The position numbers and the translations under genes were made by a program. This document shows, piece after piece, positions 7,902-15,988 of a stretch of DNA of 48,555 nucleotides. The DNA lies in IMG/VR virus record IMGVR_UViG_3300042363_000610, positions 1 to 48,555 of that record; one strand, 5' to 3'. Position 1 is the stretch's first letter. Every line of letters begins with the position of its first letter. This DNA is from a virus (lineage: Duplodnaviria > Caudoviricetes). The notes under the pieces are model-generated. The model saw only the letters and a list, made by a program, of their open reading frames with translations, did no database searches and had not been told where the DNA came from.

Positions 7902-8792
7902 ATGGGGAACGGGATGCTGAAGGTGCTGATTGGCGACTGCATCGAACGGATGAAAGGGATCGAAACAGGGTCTGTGAACTGCTGCGTGACATCTCCGCCA
8001 TACTTTGGGCTGCGGGATTATGGAATGAACGGCCAGATCGGCCTTGAACGCCGCGCGCCTGAGTATGTTGCAAACCTTGTCTCTGTGTTCTCTGAGGTCG
8101 CGCGTGTTCTTCGTGATGATGGCGTTTTGTTTGTCAATATCGGGGATACCTATGCTGGCTTTAAGGATGGGAAATTCCCCCCGCAAAGTTCAAGTAACGG
8201 AAATCAGCGCGGGATGCCGGTCGATGGTGCGCCGCACCGCAGCAAGAAACTGCTGCAACTGGACGGCTTCAGGAACAAGGAAGCTATGGGTATTCCGTGG
8301 CGGTTTGCTTTTGCGATGCGGGATGCTGGTTGGTATCTGCGTCAAGAAATTATCTGGGAAAAGCCGAACTGCACACCTGAGAAGGTTCGTGACCGCTTTG
8401 TGAAGTCTCATGAACACATCTTCATGTTCACCAAGCGGGATCGGTATTGGTTTGACGGCGATGCGGTGAGGGTTCCGGCAGATGGGGGAAAGACAAAGCT
8501 GCGCGGCGATGTCTGGACCGTTCCCGTCAGTTCTTACAGTGGCGCACATTTTGCCACGTTTCCGCCTGATCTGATCGAACCTTGCATCATTGCCGGATGT
8601 CCAGAAGGTGGAACTGTTCTTGATCCGTTCGGCGGGTCTGGAACGACAGCGGGCGTTGCCCTGAAGCATGGTCGCCGCGCGATCCTTTGCGAACTGAACC
8701 CTGAATTTGCGGCGATGGTCGATGATCGCGTTTTTCGTATCTCTGGCGTTGCGATTAACGCAACGCAGCGCGATCTGTTTGGGGGCCGCTAA
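7902..8792 (+). CDS. Orphan beta-class N4/N6 DNA methyltransferase
   Basis: TSPPY precedes HFATFP and DPFGGSGTT. Alternative start at 7914. No cognate endonuclease nearby. Confidence 0.93.
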   Translation: MGNGMLKVLIGDCIERMKGIETGSVNCCVTSPPYFGLRDYGMNGQIGLERRAPEYVANLVSVFSEVARVLRDDGVLFVNIGDTYAGFKDGKFPPQSSSNGNQRGMPVDGAPHRSKKLLQLDGFRNKEAMGIPWRFAFAMRDAGWYLRQEIIWEKPNCTPEKVRDRFVKSHEHIFMFTKRDRYWFDGDAVRVPADGGKTKLRGDVWTVPVSSYSGAHFATFPPDLIEPCIIAGCPEGGTVLDPFGGSGTTAGVALKHGRRAILCELNPEFAAMVDDRVFRISGVAINATQRDLFGGR

Positions 8793-11357
8793 ATGGCTGA
8801 CATCGACAGGCTGCGGCAGGAAAACCCGCTGCATATCGTTGCCTCTGATTTCGGGGTGCGTCTTGAAAAGGACGGCCATGAATTCATCGCCTGCTGTCCT
8901 CTGCATCAGGAAGACACGCCTTCGTTCACGATCTTCCCCGGCAAGGATGGGGTCCAGCGGTTTCACTGCTTCGGCTGCGGGGAAAAGGGCGACGTTCTGG
9001 ATTTTGTCCAGAAGATGAAAGGCGTCGATCTCAAGGAAGCGATCCGCGTTCTGGGCGGTGAGGTTCGCAAGCCGAACGTCCAGCCGCGCCGGATCGCGGA
9101 ACCGGTGGACATCTACGCGGGGATCGTGCCGCTGGCTCCTGCCGGTGAGATCAAGGCCGGTCGGCGGGTGAAACTGTGGAACCCGAAGCGCGACAAGTTC
9201 GGGACGATCACGCCTTCGATGGCGTTCCCGTATCGCGCGGCGGATGGCAGTCTGATCGGCTACGTCCTGCGCCACGATCTCGACGGTGGCGGCAAGGAAA
9301 CCCCGATGGTGATGTGGTGTCGCCTGAAGGACGGAACTGAAGAGTGGTGCCGCTATCCGTTTCCGAAGCCGCGCCCGCTGTATGGGCTGGATCGCCTCGC
9401 CTCGGGCAAACAGGTGATCATCGCCGAAGGTGAGAAGTGCGCTGACATCGGCGGCGCTGTCACGGGGCGGCTGTTCATGTCGTGGGCGGGCGGAACCTAT
9501 GGCATCCATCATGCAGACTGGTCGCCGCTGGCTGGCCGGTCGGTGGTGATCTGGCCGGATGCCGATGCACCTGGGCTGAAGACGGCGAACGAGATCGCCG
9601 CGATCCTGCACGGGCTGGGCTGCACGGTGAAGGTGATGGACGTGTCGGATCAGCCGAAGGGCTGGGACGTGGCCGATGCCGCTGATCAGGGATGGTCGCG
9701 GGATGAGATCGATGCGTTCATGCGCGCGCGTGTGCGGCCTTGGGAACCTGACGGGGGCGATACCCCGCCCGAACCTCCTGCACCGCCTCCTGCGCCCGCT
9801 CCTGAAGCGGATGAGGGTATCCCGCCCGGTCCTGAGCATGATCCGGGGCCTGAGCCTGCTGGCGATTGGGTGCCTGATCCCTACGGCGATCTGGGCGAAG
9901 TGGAGATGGACAAGTCGGGCGAGTTGATCGAGTTCGACAAGTCGAACCGGCGCGCGGTGCCTGCGTCTGGCAGATCGAAACCCGGCATCCCATACCGCGC
10001 ATGGGGCGGTGACGCTGACCTGATGCGGGAATGGTCGTTCCTGTCGTCGGAAGGCGTGTTCTGTCACGTCCATACCGGGGATCGTATGGCGCGCGGGCCG
10101 TTCGATCTGGTGATGGTGAATGACACTCCGATGATCGAAACAATCGACGGCAAGGGCGAGACGAAAAACGTGCGGTTCCCTCCGTCGAAAACCCTGATCG
10201 ATTTCTGCGACGGGCTAGTGGCATCTCGGACAATGTATCGGCCTGACGTGGACGCGATGACGGTCTGGGTCGATGGGGTGCTGCACCTGAATTCATATCT
10301 GCCTGCATCGGTGCCGGTGGCTGATCCTGGATGGTCGCAACATGACGCTTGGCGGGCGGCGCGGGATCACATCCACAATATCCTGCCCGATGGGGCTGAT
10401 ACGATCATCAAGTGGCTGGCGCACAACGTCCAGCATCCCGGCAAGAAAATCCTGTGGTGTCCGATCTTGGTCGGTCAACAGGGCGACGGGAAAACCACAA
10501 TCGGGTCGATCTTGCAGCAAGCGATGGGGCGGCGGAACGTGGTCGCGGTCGGGCCGGAAGAACTGTTCTCCGATTTCACAAGCTGGGCTGAAGGCGCGGC
10601 GGTGCGGGTGCTGGAAGAACTGCATCAGGACGGGGTGAACAGATCGTCGGTCGTGGAAAAGCTGAAAGCGCCTATCACGAATTCCGAAGTGCCGGTGGTG
10701 GGCAAGGGCGAAAAGGGCCGGTCGGTCGTGAACGTGACGAATTACATGGGCCTGACGAATAACATGGACGGTCTGCGGATACCGGAAGGGGATCGGCGGT
10801 TTGGCGTCTGGAAAACACGGTTCAAGGATCGCCCGCAGGTGCTGCGGGAACTGACGAAAGAATACTGGCGGCGGCTGCACGATGCCATCGGGAAGCACCC
10901 TGAAGTCCTGCGCGGCTGGCTGCTGTCCGTCGATCTGTCTGATTTCGACAGGTTCGATGCGCCGTCGATGACGGATGCGAAAATCGCCATGATCGAAGCG
11001 TCACGGTCGCCGCTGTCTGCGGACATTCGTGAGGCTATCGCGCTGGGCGGGCTGGGCGTCGGGCGCGACGTGCTGGTGACTGACATGCTGAACGATCTGG
11101 TGAAGACGATGGGCGGTCGGTCTGCCTCGACCACAACGATGTCCAGCATCATGCGGGAAATGGGCTGGCAACGGCTTGAGAAGACCGTGAAGTGGAACGG
11201 CAAGCCTCGCCGGGTGTATTACCTGCCGGGGCCGTGGTGCGAAGGGCTGGAAGGCGCTGATCTGGCCACGGTGCTGCGGGAACGGTTGCAGGATACCGAA
11301 CTGGATGGGCCTGAAATTGATGACAGGCAGGGCGTTCTGGACCCTGCGAATTGGTAG
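8793..11357 (+). CDS. Primase-helicase: CHC2 Zn finger + Toprim-like + SF3/D5-like NTPase
   Basis: CCPLHQEDTPSF...FHCFGCG; IAEGEKCAD...WPDAD...GWDVAD; Pro-rich linker; Walker A GQQGDGKT; DRRF. Confidence 0.9.
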   Translation: MADIDRLRQENPLHIVASDFGVRLEKDGHEFIACCPLHQEDTPSFTIFPGKDGVQRFHCFGCGEKGDVLDFVQKMKGVDLKEAIRVLGGEVRKPNVQPRRIAEPVDIYAGIVPLAPAGEIKAGRRVKLWNPKRDKFGTITPSMAFPYRAADGSLIGYVLRHDLDGGGKETPMVMWCRLKDGTEEWCRYPFPKPRPLYGLDRLASGKQVIIAEGEKCADIGGAVTGRLFMSWAGGTYGIHHADWSPLAGRSVVIWPDADAPGLKTANEIAAILHGLGCTVKVMDVSDQPKGWDVADAADQGWSRDEIDAFMRARVRPWEPDGGDTPPEPPAPPPAPAPEADEGIPPGPEHDPGPEPAGDWVPDPYGDLGEVEMDKSGELIEFDKSNRRAVPASGRSKPGIPYRAWGGDADLMREWSFLSSEGVFCHVHTGDRMARGPFDLVMVNDTPMIETIDGKGETKNVRFPPSKTLIDFCDGLVASRTMYRPDVDAMTVWVDGVLHLNSYLPASVPVADPGWSQHDAWRAARDHIHNILPDGADTIIKWLAHNVQHPGKKILWCPILVGQQGDGKTTIGSILQQAMGRRNVVAVGPEELFSDFTSWAEGAAVRVLEELHQDGVNRSSVVEKLKAPITNSEVPVVGKGEKGRSVVNVTNYMGLTNNMDGLRIPEGDRRFGVWKTRFKDRPQVLRELTKEYWRRLHDAIGKHPEVLRGWLLSVDLSDFDRFDAPSMTDAKIAMIEASRSPLSADIREAIALGGLGVGRDVLVTDMLNDLVKTMGGRSASTTTMSSIMREMGWQRLEKTVKWNGKPRRVYYLPGPWCEGLEGADLATVLRERLQDTELDGPEIDDRQGVLDPANW

Positions 11358-11555
11358 GCGGCGCTGGTTTGCCCGAATTTCACCTGCACGACTATGAAGC
11401 CATCGCGGGGCAACAGGTGCCGGTCTTCCCGGTCGATAAGGGCCATGTCTGTCGGCTTCCTCACAGCGTTGGAAGCCTTAAAGGACGCCGCGCGATATTC
11501 GGCTGGGTCAACCTTCTTCGCGGAAGGTTGTCGCTCCTAACGAGAGGATGCGACC

Positions 11556-12329
11556 ATGGAAATCTGGAAGGGTAGGGCCAAGCGGATCGAAGACATCGAT
11601 CTTCCGCGCATCGGCCATATGATCGGCGTCGGCGAAGATGAAATTCATGCGATCCTGGATGTGGAAAGCGCCGGATCGGGGTTTGACAGCAAGGGCCGCG
11701 TGAAGATGTTGTTTGAGCCGCATGTGTTCTGGCGGCTGCTCGGCAAGGGGCCGAAGCGCGATGCCGCTGCAAAGCAGGGGCTGGCATATCCGAACTGGCG
11801 GCGCGACTATCCCAAAGACAGCTTCCCGCGCCTGATCTCGGCCATGAAGATCGATCCTGAGATTGCGCTGCGATCCGCGTCGTGGGGCCTCGGCCAGATC
11901 ATGGGGTTCAATCACCAGGCGGCTGGATACGCCTCGGCGGCTGATATGGTGGCCGCGTTCGCCGATGACGAAGATCAGCACCTGACGGCGATGATCCGCT
12001 TCATCCAGGCGAACAAGCTGGATGATGAACTGCGCCGTCACGATTGGGCTGGGTTCGCGCGCGGCTACAACGGGCCGGGGTTCGCAAAGAACGGCTACGA
12101 CAAGAAGATCAAGGCCGCGTTCGACCGGTGGCAGAAGGTGAAGGATACGCCTTGGTCGCCTGAGCCTGCGCGTGGGCCTGTGCGGACGCCTGAAGCCGTT
12201 CCGGTGGATATTCCGGCAGTCGGCGGTGGGAAGTCTGGCATCGGGGCGATGGTGGCCGTGGGCGCGGCTGCGCTGGCTGCTGGCCTCGGCGCGTTCTGGG
12301 ATAAGATCGTTGCGCTGTTTGGGGGTTGA
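11556..12329 (+). CDS. Endolysin, N-acetylmuramidase (DUF3380-type) with C-terminal hydrophobic segment
   Basis: AILDVESAGSGF, LFEPHVF, SASWGLGQIMGFN, FARGYNG...YD; C-terminus GIGAMVAVGAAALAAGLGAFW. Confidence 0.92.
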   Translation: MEIWKGRAKRIEDIDLPRIGHMIGVGEDEIHAILDVESAGSGFDSKGRVKMLFEPHVFWRLLGKGPKRDAAAKQGLAYPNWRRDYPKDSFPRLISAMKIDPEIALRSASWGLGQIMGFNHQAAGYASAADMVAAFADDEDQHLTAMIRFIQANKLDDELRRHDWAGFARGYNGPGFAKNGYDKKIKAAFDRWQKVKDTPWSPEPARGPVRTPEAVPVDIPAVGGGKSGIGAMVAVGAAALAAGLGAFWDKIVALFGG

Positions 12330-12360
12330 CGCCTGCAACGGCTGATGCGATATTCGCAAC

Positions 12361-12478
12361 AGGAAGACGGTGCGCGCATAGAGAGGCTGCGCGGTAAACG
12401 AGGGTAAATGAGGAACTAGCGGCCTTCTTCCTACCTCCCTGTTGGACTTAGGGCCTCGCTTCGGCGGGGCCTTTTTTT
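12361..12478 (+). ncRNA. Putative small RNA, alpha-r8/suhB/MmgR-like
   Basis: Upstream TTGACG (12326). The 5' GGAAGA can pair with TCTTCC. An anti-SD CCTCCCT-GTTGGACTT directly precedes a GGGCC terminator. Confidence 0.55.
12450..12478 (+). terminator. Rho-independent terminator
   Basis: AGGGCCTCGC-TTCG-GCGGGGCCCT followed by a T-run. Confidence 0.9.
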
Positions 12479-12581
12479 GAGGGGATGGCGCAAGACACTG
12501 GTGCAAACTGGCCAAGCGCGGCTGACGATGCGCGATCCCCTTGCATTGGACCGCATAACTGCGGGAGGTGGGTAGCTGGTG

Positions 12582-13688
12582 CTACTTGGACGTTCGTGAC
12601 GTGGCCACGGTAACGGCGTCATCATTTCGGTTCGATCCCGGCGCTTCCCAGGTCCATCCCGCCCATCGATCACCTGTCTGCCTGATGTGGGTGTATCGCT
12701 TCAGGCTCTGCCACGACCGATGCCCTGACACTGCCGCGACGTGCGGGATCGTCCAGCCCATTTCGAACAACCGGCTGATGCCTTCGTGCCGAAGATCGTG
12801 GAAGTGCAGATCGGCGATCCCCAGCATTTTGCAGGCGCGGGTGAAGTTCGCGCTGATCGTGTCGGCGGCGAACGGAAATATCTCGGCGCGGCGGCGCGGC
12901 ATCGTCCGGATCACGGCCATCGCCTCGGGCGGCAGATCGCACCAGACATTGTTCCCCTGCTTCTGGCCGGGGTTCTTCATGTCTCGCACCATGACGCGGC
13001 TGTGGGCCTCGTCCAGATCGGTCCAGGCGATGCGCGTGATCTCTTCCTGCCGCCTGGTCGAAAACAAGGCGAAGGCTATCACGCGGTCCATCGGCAGGGC
13101 CTGGGCGGCGCGTCCCTGGAAATACCTGATCAGCCGGTCGATCTCTTCGACGGTCGGTCGCCGGTCACGCTCCGCGCCTTTGCCGGTCAATCCCAGGCGG
13201 CGGCAGACGGCGAACGCTGCCTTCATCTGCTCGGGGTCCAGTTCGAAGCCCCAGGCCGGTCGCGCGACGGCGAAGACTGCCTGAAGGTGCGACAGGTAGT
13301 TCGCCACGGTGGCCGGTGATCGGTCCTGGCGAAGCGTCCTGGCGAAGTCGATGATGTCTTGGCTGGTCACGTCCTGGCATCGGCGCTGGGCCACGGGCGT
13401 GCGGCCGATCGCGTCAAGCACCTGGGCCTTGGTCCTGCCGATCTGCTTGCGGCTGTCGGTGGTATAACGGGTGATCGCTTCGGCAAGGGTCGCGGTCGCC
13501 TTGCTGCGGTCGATCATGCCTGGCTTGGACAGTTCGGCTTCGCGATCCCTGATCCATTCCTTGGCCGCGCGCGACGTTTCGAAGGTCTGGCTTTCCCGGT
13601 GGATCACCTGTCTCTTTGATTTCAGGATGATCTTGGCCATATAGGCAATCCCGCCTGACTTTCGGCGGCGGGCGACGATGGTTCCCAT
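12582..13688 (-). CDS. int: Tyrosine integrase, dusA-associated integrase (DAI) type
   Basis: STRRQEEI, HFHDLRHEG, SGHRSWQSLKRY catalytic motifs; N-terminus MGTIVARRRK...ESQTF; adjacent to a dusA 5' fragment. Confidence 0.93.
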   Translation of the reverse strand: MGTIVARRRKSGGIAYMAKIILKSKRQVIHRESQTFETSRAAKEWIRDREAELSKPGMIDRSKATATLAEAITRYTTDSRKQIGRTKAQVLDAIGRTPVAQRRCQDVTSQDIIDFARTLRQDRSPATVANYLSHLQAVFAVARPAWGFELDPEQMKAAFAVCRRLGLTGKGAERDRRPTVEEIDRLIRYFQGRAAQALPMDRVIAFALFSTRRQEEITRIAWTDLDEAHSRVMVRDMKNPGQKQGNNVWCDLPPEAMAVIRTMPRRRAEIFPFAADTISANFTRACKMLGIADLHFHDLRHEGISRLFEMGWTIPHVAAVSGHRSWQSLKRYTHIRQTGDRWAGWTWEAPGSNRNDDAVTVATSRTSK

Positions 13689-13691
13689 GCA

Positions 13692-13948
13692 GTATCACAA
13701 GGCTCCGTTTGTGATCCCGATGTGATACTATGGCCGGGGGTGAAGTCAAGTTTGATGCGGGTTTCTCAACAGGCGTTGCGATTTCTGAAATGCAGCGCAA
13801 CAGGATTTCAGAATGAATACAGCGGCTGAAGGACTTAGGGCGCAACATCGCTTCAGCGTTGCGCCCATGATGGACACGACAGACTAGGCGAAAAAACCCG
13901 CATGAAATAAGGGTTTTCGATTTCTTGTGATACCGGTTGTGATACCGG
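13692..13948. other. attP region with TGTGATAC-type arm repeats
   Basis: GTATCACA at 13692, TGTGATCC at 13710, TGTGATAC at 13721 and tandem TTGTGATACCGG x2 at 13925-13948 flank the dusA-like core (~13849-13884). Confidence 0.8.
13813..13887 (+). pseudogene. dusA: Replacement 5' fragment of tRNA-dihydrouridine synthase A within attP
   Basis: Translates MNTAAEGLRAQHRFSVAPMMDTTD*. The DusA N-terminal consensus is R(F/L)SVAPMMDWTD. Confidence 0.88.
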
Positions 13949-13975
13949 GATCACCCTGATCTATCAGCCCCCGGC

Positions 13976-14311
13976 TCATCCCTCACCCCCTTCCAGCGCG
14001 CGGAGGATGGCGGGATCATCGACGCAAAGCGCTTCAAGATAGGCCGCGCCCTTGTCTGTGATGCCATACCCTGCGCCGCCCGGATAACCCTCGTCAGACC
14101 ACAAGCCGCGCATGTAGAAGGCATAGCCGCGATCCGTCAGGCTGCGGCAGATGGCGCGCGCCATGTCTTTGGTGATTTCATCGGTAACAAAGCACCGCAG
14201 ATGAAAGGCGTATTCTGTGCGCCCGTAGCCATATCCACGGCATTCTTCCATGTGCTGCAAAACATGGCGGTCAAGGATGCGCTGCGCCTCTATCAGCCCC
14301 CGGATCGTCAT
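13976..14311 (-). CDS. Hypothetical protein, possible winged helix
   Basis: 111 aa; ARAICRSLTDRG...GYGITDKG; last gene of the leftward operon. Confidence 0.7.
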   Translation of the reverse strand: MTIRGLIEAQRILDRHVLQHMEECRGYGYGRTEYAFHLRCFVTDEITKDMARAICRSLTDRGYAFYMRGLWSDEGYPGGAGYGITDKGAAYLEALCVDDPAILRALEGGEG

Positions 14312-14658
14312 GGCTTGCCTCCCGCGCGGATGGCGGCGGCGCGGAAAGCCTCAAGGCGTTGCTGCGCGTCTGATAGCTTCTTCCCCGTGTCCGGCTCGAT
14401 GAAAACGTCTTTGTCCGCTCCGATGGCGTGTTGGATCATGGCGATGCACGATGCCAGATCGTCGGCAAGCGCCTGCACCTCTGGCAGCGCGGCGAGAACG
14501 GCGGGGTCGCGGCGGACGTATTCGGTCAGCGGCTTGCCCCGGTCAGAAAACCATTTGGCGTCATGGTCTGTGTGCTCCCAGCCCGTTTCGGTTGTCGGGC
14601 GGCTGTCCCGATCAGTCGTGTCAAGCGACCAAGCCCAGATGTGATCCACCCCGCTCAT
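14308..14658 (-). CDS. Hypothetical modular early protein
   Basis: ATG at 14658 overlaps the upstream stop; EYVRRDPAVLAALPEVQAL module. Confidence 0.7.
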   Translation of the reverse strand: MSGVDHIWAWSLDTTDRDSRPTTETGWEHTDHDAKWFSDRGKPLTEYVRRDPAVLAALPEVQALADDLASCIAMIQHAIGADKDVFIEPDTGKKLSDAQQRLEAFRAAAIRAGGKP

Positions 14659-15137
14659 TTCGCGCCTCCACGGATGGCGGCAAGGGCGGCGTCTCTCATG
14701 GCGTCCAGCCCTTCGGTGTATCCGCGCCAACGCTCCATGTTCGCAAACTGCGCAGGCGTCATAGACAGGCGCGAGTGTTCCGCCTTCACCATCGCCTGCA
14801 CCGCGTCAGGGGCGGGGGCATGTTTGAAAGCGTTCTCTGGCACGTTTCGCAGGCTGGCGCAGAACGCGTCATTGCCTTTCCATGCGGGCGCGTCAGGGGC
14901 AATATGCACTTTTTGCAAATTGCTCGGCGCGTCAGGCTGGGCGGGGGGGAGGGCGGCGCGAAACTTCACGCTTGCGGCCATAAGCAATGCGGTTTCGATC
15001 ATCCCGCGCGGCACACCCAAGTCGATTTCGCAGCTTTCGCCGGATGCGGACAGGCGCAGGCAATACCTTCCCGCATCGTCTGGCCCTTGCACCTGCATGG
15101 ATACACCGCTCGTTTTTACGTGGATCATGTCACCCAT
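14655..15137 (-). CDS. Hypothetical protein
   Basis: 160 aa, AAGGAG SD, coupled to neighbours. Confidence 0.7.
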   Translation of the reverse strand: MGDMIHVKTSGVSMQVQGPDDAGRYCLRLSASGESCEIDLGVPRGMIETALLMAASVKFRAALPPAQPDAPSNLQKVHIAPDAPAWKGNDAFCASLRNVPENAFKHAPAPDAVQAMVKAEHSRLSMTPAQFANMERWRGYTEGLDAMRDAALAAIRGGAK

Positions 15138-15696
15138 TGGTGTCTCCTTCTGTCAGGGCGGCGCGGGCTTTGGTGGCGCGTTCTACTGCCATACGTGCAA
15201 TGTTGGCTGCTACCTTCGGGTCGTCGCTGTAGCCCATCACGGCAATAAGGCTAAGTTCCTCGCTTGCCTGCGCCACCTTGGCCTCAGCGGCTTCTAGGGC
15301 GGCTGACACACTGCGCAGGGTGCCAAGCGTTGCCTCGCGCAGCTTGTCCTGCTGCCGGGCGGCGGACAGCGCCTCATCCCGCTCCGCCGTCAGTTCCGCC
15401 ACCTGCGCGGCGAGGGCGGCGGCTTCGGCGCTCAGGGCGGTGAGGGCGGCGGCGGCTTCCGGCACCCATGCGCGGGCGAAGGCGATGAAGCTGGCGTTTG
15501 CCTGACCGTCATCCTTGCGAACCCAGTTGCCGTCCTCCCAATGCAACTCTGCGCTTGTCTCTGCGATTGGGCGAAAGAACATATCAAACGGGATCGGCTT
15601 AACCCTTGTGCCGTCACCGCAAACAGCCCAAGGGCCTTCCGTCACGCCTTGCAGCGCCTGTGCAGCCTCGGCGGCGAGGGGGTGGGTCATGGTCAT
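15130..15696 (-). CDS. Ead/Ea22-like early protein with coiled coil
   Basis: TEGPW...ANASFIAFARAWVP followed by heptad repeats; ATG at 15696 with GGAGG SD. Confidence 0.7.
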   Translation of the reverse strand: MTMTHPLAAEAAQALQGVTEGPWAVCGDGTRVKPIPFDMFFRPIAETSAELHWEDGNWVRKDDGQANASFIAFARAWVPEAAAALTALSAEAAALAAQVAELTAERDEALSAARQQDKLREATLGTLRSVSAALEAAEAKVAQASEELSLIAVMGYSDDPKVAANIARMAVERATKARAALTEGDTNG

Positions 15697-15890
15697 CTGC
15701 GCCTCCACAGATCAGGACGCAAATAGATGCCGTCCGCGCGTTCTTGGATCAGTTCAGCCGCCACCATATCGCGGCGGACCATTGGGCCAACCGGTTCCCA
15801 ATCTTCATCGAAAGCGGATACCGAAAGCGGCTCCTTTCCTGTGTTGTTGATATAGTCGATGTATTGGGCAAATTTGGTTTCAGGTTTCAT
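15693..15890 (-). CDS. Hypothetical protein
   Basis: MKPETKFAQYIDYINNTG...FDEDWEPVG; coupled to neighbours. Confidence 0.65.
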   Translation of the reverse strand: MKPETKFAQYIDYINNTGKEPLSVSAFDEDWEPVGPMVRRDMVAAELIQERADGIYLRPDLWRRR

Positions 15891-15988
15891 CACATCATCC
15901 CATCTTGATAAATCACGCCCGTCTCGGCCACGGCGGCGGAAGCCCACACCAGCACGGCCACGGCGAATAGCTGCGGCGCGCGGGTCAT
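15890..15988 (-). CDS. Small 32-aa signal-peptide-like ORF (not in ORF track)
   Basis: MTRAPQLFAVAVLVWASAAVAETGVIYQDGMM*. ATGA overlap upstream and TGATG overlap downstream. Confidence 0.55.
   Translation of the reverse strand: MTRAPQLFAVAVLVWASAAVAETGVIYQDGMM

Noticed and set aside
6712-8792. Restriction-modification or defence system formed by the nucleases plus the methylase
   Set aside because: The ExoX-like and VRR-NUC proteins are ordinary phage replication/recombination enzymes; no REase is evident.
11219-11575. ORFs 11351..11575 (+) and 11219..11464 (-) between primase and endolysin
   Set aside because: Weak starts, overlaps with real genes and no motifs. The region is better explained as a structured leader, though a small peptide cannot be excluded.
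12330-12580. tRNA or tmRNA next to the integrase
   Set aside because: No cloverleaf, T-loop GTTCRA or CCA end; the integration target is dusA.
12582-13688. Shufflon/invertase acting on tail fibres
   Set aside because: The recombinase is explained by the adjacent dusA attP, and no inverted fibre cassettes are present.
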